From Azolla caroliniana (Eukaryota; Plantae; Polypodiophyta): a stretch of 43,693 nucleotides of DNA. The stretch is taken from the NCBI GenBank assembly GCA_043228905.1, contig JBHGNT010000260.1:1-43693 (forward strand). The letters are read 5' to 3'. The notes under the pieces are model-generated. The model was not told where the DNA came from and searched no databases. It was given only the letters and a program-made list of their open reading frames with translations. A program made the translations under genes and the position numbers. Positions 37,969-43,693 of this stretch are shown one piece after another; positions within the stretch are counted from its first letter, which is position 1; each line of letters starts with the position of its first letter.

Positions 37969-37972
<4 letters not shown>

Positions 37973-38016
<44 letters not shown>
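37973..38016. repeat. (CT)n microsatellite; others at ~19266-19285, 34590-34617 and 42627-42656
   Basis: Seen directly in the sequence. Confidence 0.95.
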
Positions 38017-38020
<4 letters not shown>

Positions 38021-41000
38021 CTGACATAATTGAGAGTTTCGTCTTTCTTCGTCAATTAAGTCACAGGGACTACACCATTTATTCACTAGTCAAATCAAAC
38101 AAAAAGGTTTCCATACATCCAGTAATTGGACTCTCTTTTGGGTACACTACGCATTACAAATTAACAACCTCCAAGTAGGTTCACATTTTCCACCAAATTA
38201 ACCATGATTTCAGGTAGTCTACATAATGACATTAACCTTTGCATAATCCATCAGATGTGTAGAACAGAACAAAAGGAACAACCAATAAATGTTTTCCTTA
38301 TAACACCCTCCCCCGCTTGACTCGCCATTTGGAGCCTCTACCTCAGGGTGTTACTCTACCAAAACCTTGATAACAATGATCAATGAGGTCCTAAACTCGT
38401 CGTAGTTATGAGTAAGAACATCGGATGCATTACTTAATAAGCATGCACACACTCTCTTGAGTCTTACATGTGTGAATTTACACATTGCATATGGATGTGG
38501 GGAGGATTTATGAGTGCCACAAGAAAGCGATGAGTGCCTAGCATGTGTATCCCATGGTTTATCCTTGGCCCCAATAAAGGTTTTATTATCACGCATTTAC
38601 TAATTGTAAGGGTTTTTTTTCTTGCCAACACCTATCATTGCCTCATATGCCGCAATCTAAATTATCGATGCAAGGAAACCATTATCATTTGAATGTATAT
38701 GATGAGGTTGAAGATAGATGCAAGTATTTTGTAATATGGGCATCCATGTACTACAATTTGTATGATGATGTTGATTTGAATTTCCAAGAATTTCGCTTTT
38801 TTGTGTTGGCTCTAGAAATGTAATCCCATGCATGTAATCATCTCTCTCTTTCATGTGACACATAGATGCTCACACATTCAAGGTGACATGTTGAGTTTGA
38901 AAACGTAATTGTCAATGTCAAATCACTTTATGTAAATGCAGATAGAAGTTTGATGCTTTTTGCTAATTACAATTGGGTTGCACTTTGGATTTCTTGAATC
39001 AAATCAAGGGCTATTCTGTAAGTTCTCATGATTGAGAAGTATTCGTGTAAATGAATAAAAGGCTTGGGGTATATCTATGGTTCTCCCATATGAATATGGG
39101 ACATTTATAGAAATGGTACATGTTGCCTTAATCAAATACAATTGATTATCTTTATACAATTTCATTGGACCTAATGATTCCCATCAGATGGAGACACTTA
39201 CCATACACTAGTTATATTGATTGCTACGACTTCTCGAGTGGGATATAGGTTTTGCCATGCCATATTAACATTAATGATCCCACTTGAATGACCATGCCTA
39301 CAATTGTAATTATGTTCAATGTTTCACTAGATGATTGTAGTACATGAATAAGATGTTGGCATTGAAGATCTAAGTTAGGACCTGGTTGCATTGTTAGTTA
39401 TCCACTACATCCAAAGCTATGTTTGGGAGTTTCAATAACTAAAATGGAGGGCAATGTTGTAACGTACAACCATTCGTTTTCACTAGTGCATGTGTGCTAC
39501 TAAACTAATGCTTATGGTAAAAACAAGCCATGCGTAATGTGTGACCATCAATAGTAGTTTCTTGCATAATGTACGAATTAACATAGGAAAATTGACAATT
39601 TTTTGTAGAAAACAATGACATGCTTTCTCTTATGAAACTCGCATGTACACCACACAAAATTTGACTACGAACTCATAACATAAATTATTCATTAACTCGT
39701 TGATTGACTCAGTGACTCACACACACTCCCTCTAGCCTCTCTATATTTCTTCTACTAGCTTGTACAATCAGCTAAAGCAAATATTATGTTCATTGTTGCG
39801 ACACTTTTAGTACAATCTCAATTTCAAGGTACTAAGCTTTCTTTTTCTACATGTGAGACATATCAAATTACGTAGCAAATGTGACATTTATAGGTCTATT
39901 CGTTTGCTTTGACCCCTTTGGAAATATAATCTACGTATCTAATATCTCCATCACTATATCCTAGTGGAGGTTGTGTAAACTTCCATCATCTAACATCTTG
40001 TTTGGAAGAATGTACACAAACTTTCGCTTCCATAAGATCAATCACCTCATCCTGTCTCTATCTTAGTGATCAACTCTCTTATTCACACCCAATTGGATTT
40101 GACACAAAGAGACATCATGCTCTCTAGTGCAACCTCTATGGAGGTCTTTCGACATGGCTTTGTTTGAAGGTAGGGTTCAATTACACAATGTACTTCAATT
40201 TTTAATGATGCGTAATGGTATTGTTTCAACTTTCAACCTTGATATTTGCTTTTGTCCCTCTCTTTTTATGTGCCTAGCTCTCATTGGTATCCATGACTTG
40301 TGATCTTTGGGACTATAATATTAATACATATTAGAATTATATATTTTTAATCTTTTCTGCATATATATATAAAGAGGGATGCAAGACAATTTCTATGCAT
40401 CTTTCGCTCCTTCCATCTTTCTATCAAACCTCCTTTAGTCCCTCTCCTTGTATTTGCCCATATTACATTGGTTTCTATATTGTGTAGAAGAAGGGTGGAT
40501 TCCCAAAGAAATTTTGTTAGCATATTTGTGCCCTAGCTATACATGTTCTTTTAAACTCAAGCATCGGCACAACATTATTATAAGGAGGCATTTGATGTGG
40601 TCTGTAATTTGCATATTTAGCTTTAGTTATTGATATCCTCTTATCATCACAACCACTTGCACCTTTGAGTCACATATATATGCTCTCTACTTATGCGTGA
40701 AAGTGAGATGTGGCTATTGCAGAAGATACTATTTTGTAGAATGCTAGAATATGAGTCCTACAGGTAATGTTTCTCGCAATCCTCCCAACTCTCTTTTTGG
40801 GTTCCACAACTAATGTTATCGGCTTCCCGATGATGTTATATTATATATTCTGATCATCTTTACTTCCACCCAACCCTTGTGGTTTTTACTTCTCCTAATC
40901 TAATATGAGCCATTGTTTCTTTGTATGTAGTAGACCTTCTTTACATATATTAAAGGCCATGCAAATATGAGCCATTGTTTCCCTTATAGAATTGAATGAA

Positions 41001-41300
41001 ATCCATGTAAATGGAATCAATTCAAACTTAGGGTTTATGAACTGATTTTTATTTATTTATGTTTTTAGTTTTTCCTCTTTCCAATCAATCATCTCGAGCA
41101 TAGGGATATATATATATATATATACACTAAAACGTCATGTGATCCAGTGGTGTGAAATCTATACATATATACACCAGCATATAGTAACTTAAAAAATATC
41201 CCGACGAGCCATATATCTTCCTCTCCCTTCCCTCTCTTCTCTTCTTCAGCTTGTTAAGGATACAATGGAGGCGATGGTCTATGAAGGATCGACGAGGTCT

Positions 41301-41530
41301 GCAACGTTCAGCTGCAGAAGAGAGAGAGCACAGCCTTTAAGAATATTCAAATGGGAGATCAGCCACAGATGATATGATATAGATAGAGAATAGGTTATGA
41401 TTTATAATTAGCTAGTCGATATATATAGGATTTTATACTGTTGTTTTTCTTCATAATTAAAAGAAAAAACAAAACCCCATCATATTTTTTTAAGGGCTGT
41501 GTCGCCTCTCTTCCGCTGCTGAGACGATGC
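41301..41530 (+). ncRNA. MIR529: microRNA precursor, miR529 (miR156/529 superfamily)
   Basis: AGAAGAGAGAGAGCACAGCCT (41316-41336) resembles miR529 as recalled. A complementary arm GGGCTGTGTCGCCTCTCTTCCGCTGCTGAGACGATGC (41494-41530) pairs with it, and pairing extends beyond the duplex on both sides. Confidence 0.8.
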
Positions 41531-42278
41531 CATTTGGGGAAAATAAAAAAAAAAAACTAATTAAACAGAAAAATAATAGGAGCAAAATCGAGAACAAAAA
41601 TGAAGAAACGCCCCCGACAGTAATAATGAGGTAATGTACAAAAAGTACGAAACAGTGTCATATTATTATTACTAATCTGTATAATTAGCTCAATTATTTA
41701 TTTGCTTGTTTTACATCAACCTCGGAAAAGGTTTCTTCTTACATGTCACCACCGAAATATCAATTAATCGGAGAAAAACAAATAAATGATAAAACAGAAA
41801 AAAAGGAAGGAAGGAAGATGTGGGGGGAGGAGCCATCAATGGAATTATAGCAGAGTATTGAGGCATTCATTAACAAGTGGGAGAATCATTCATCAGTTAT
41901 CACCTTTATTTATTATTGTGCAACACTAAAAAAAGCAACAAGTTCCCATGCCCCGGATAACAAAACACATTTAAAAAGAAAAGGAGCGAAAACTTAAAAA
42001 ATAAAATTAAACGAACTAATTAATACTAGAACATATAATTCCCAAGAAAATAATAATGCATCAATAAATAAAATCTTCGAAAAAGAAAGAAAGAAACAGA
42101 CAGGGCAGACAGGACAGCGTATTTAATTAAAAACAAATGCGGAAGAAAATCTTGAAGATTAAAGAAGAATGGGGGGAGGGGGATAGGAGTCAGGACACAT
42201 TAAATACAAAAAAAAGATGACAAGAAAAGAAAGGAGACTAATTTGGTCATGTTAAAAACGTATTGTTTTACACACATG

Positions 42279-42380
42279 CATGTATGTATGTATGTATGTA
42301 TGTATGTATGTATGTATGTATGTATGTACAGTATATGCATGCATGTATGTATGTATGTATGTATGCATGTATGTATGTGT
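42279..42380. repeat. (TATG)n microsatellite
   Basis: Seen directly in the sequence. Confidence 0.95.
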
Positions 42381-42624
42381 ATTCCTACGCAATTACATGC
42401 TATATCGTACGCACACACATCTACGTATACTCCTCAGTCTGTTCTCAGTCTGCAGCTGCAGCCAAACGCACATATGTCCCGCTATTACACTTCTCTCTCT
42501 AGAGTTTATACACACAGCGCGCGCATACATTTTCTCTCTATCTACTGTATACACCGCGCACACACCAGCCCTTCTTCTCACTCTACCACAGACAAAATCC
42601 CTTCTTTCTCTCGGATCACACAGG

Positions 42625-42658
<34 letters not shown>

Positions 42659-43693
42659 ACAGACACTCACACAGGTCCTCTCTCTCTCTTCTCTGCCACG
42701 TTTCCTTGAAGGCTCCTGACGCTGCTGTTCTTTGCGAGGTAAATTTTACCTTCATTGCCTTCGCCGTCACTAGAATTAGCATGTTCTCCTTTATATTATC
42801 AACTTCGTCGTCGTCTTCATCACGTTTTCTGCAGTTTCTTTGGTCTTATACGTCTATAACCTGACAGGTTTCAGTCTAAGTCATGTAAAAGATGCAGCTT
42901 TCTCTAACTTCTTCGTCCGTCTTCAATTAATCGTCTTAAAATCTGCGGTTCTGAGTAACGGAAAACAACAAGATATAATCAGCATATTCCTGCAGAATGA
43001 GGTATGATTATATGTAGCCAACGTACTGTAATATAATGTATTAGGTTGTCTGGTATGTCTGTGTGTTTCTTTATCTGTAGAGATTGAGGGATTCAGGAGT
43101 TTCTGAAGAGATGAAAGTGTTGTATATGCCATGTATGTTATATGTAATTGTCACGAGAGAGAGGGAGATCGAAGAAAGAGCGAAAGACGTAGTAATGTTT
43201 ATGAGCATTTTTATTACAGAGAGCGCGCCGGTCAGGTCAATACTATTGTCTGCCAAAATATCGTTATGTTTGTATCTTTAGTTGGAATGAAAAGAAAGAT
43301 TCTGGTAATTCCCTCTTAGAAATCAACATGTTTACACCAGAAACATAGAAAGACATAGAGAAGTGTTTATATCAATGTTGTTTGCCAAAACTGTTCTTAT
43401 ATGCGTGTTTCACCCGAGATGGAAAGAAGATGTGTGAATTTCCTCGCGTAATGATGATCATTATATAAGCTATATGAGAGAGAGAAGGCGAGAGAGAAGA
43501 GAAGATAGTAACTTGATGTTTGAACCTGCAGCACATATAGTGTGAAACGATGAAAACAATGGAAATCAGGTTTGCCTGAATATATATGATGTTGGAGCCT
43601 GGAGCAGGACTATTACCCTCTCTTTGTTCATAATCACAGGTATGCGGTTTCTTCTCTTCTCGTAGGCTGAGTATGCTAATCAAACTAATGTTT

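Noticed and set aside
42200-42864. ORFs of 72-194 aa
   Set aside because: They are products of (TATG)n and (CT)n microsatellites. The region may be a 5' UTR or intron of a host gene, but no coding exon is supportable.

Overview
Eukaryotic, transposon-rich DNA, most likely from a non-seed land plant (inferred from a Tcn1-type chromovirus, a MIR529 hairpin and GT-AG introns). From left to right: (1) a decayed GC-rich minus-strand Ty3/Gypsy element (1 to ~10114). Its gag is interrupted by a young chromodomain Gypsy element (3185-8827; 429-bp LTRs identical by eye; TSD CCAGG). (2) A ~8-kb DNA-transposon-like unit (~10555-18600) carrying a Sola-like DDD transposase, a spliced ParB-domain gene and a spliced prokaryote-type beta-class N4C/N6A DNA methyltransferase. 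The first intron of the ParB gene holds an array of 11 palindromes spaced 51 bp apart. The ParB and MTase parts look like two halves of one gene separated by an inversion. (3) A minus-strand L1-type LINE split by an older chromovirus (20601-27365; TSD CCAAG). (4) A 5'-truncated RTE/RTEX-like LINE inserted in a (CT)n tract. (5) AT-rich intergenic DNA with a MIR529/156-family hairpin at ~41.3-41.5 kb and microsatellites. The ParB-MTase transposon with its parS-like palindrome array is the most unusual system here. All alignments and translations were done by eye; no searches were run.
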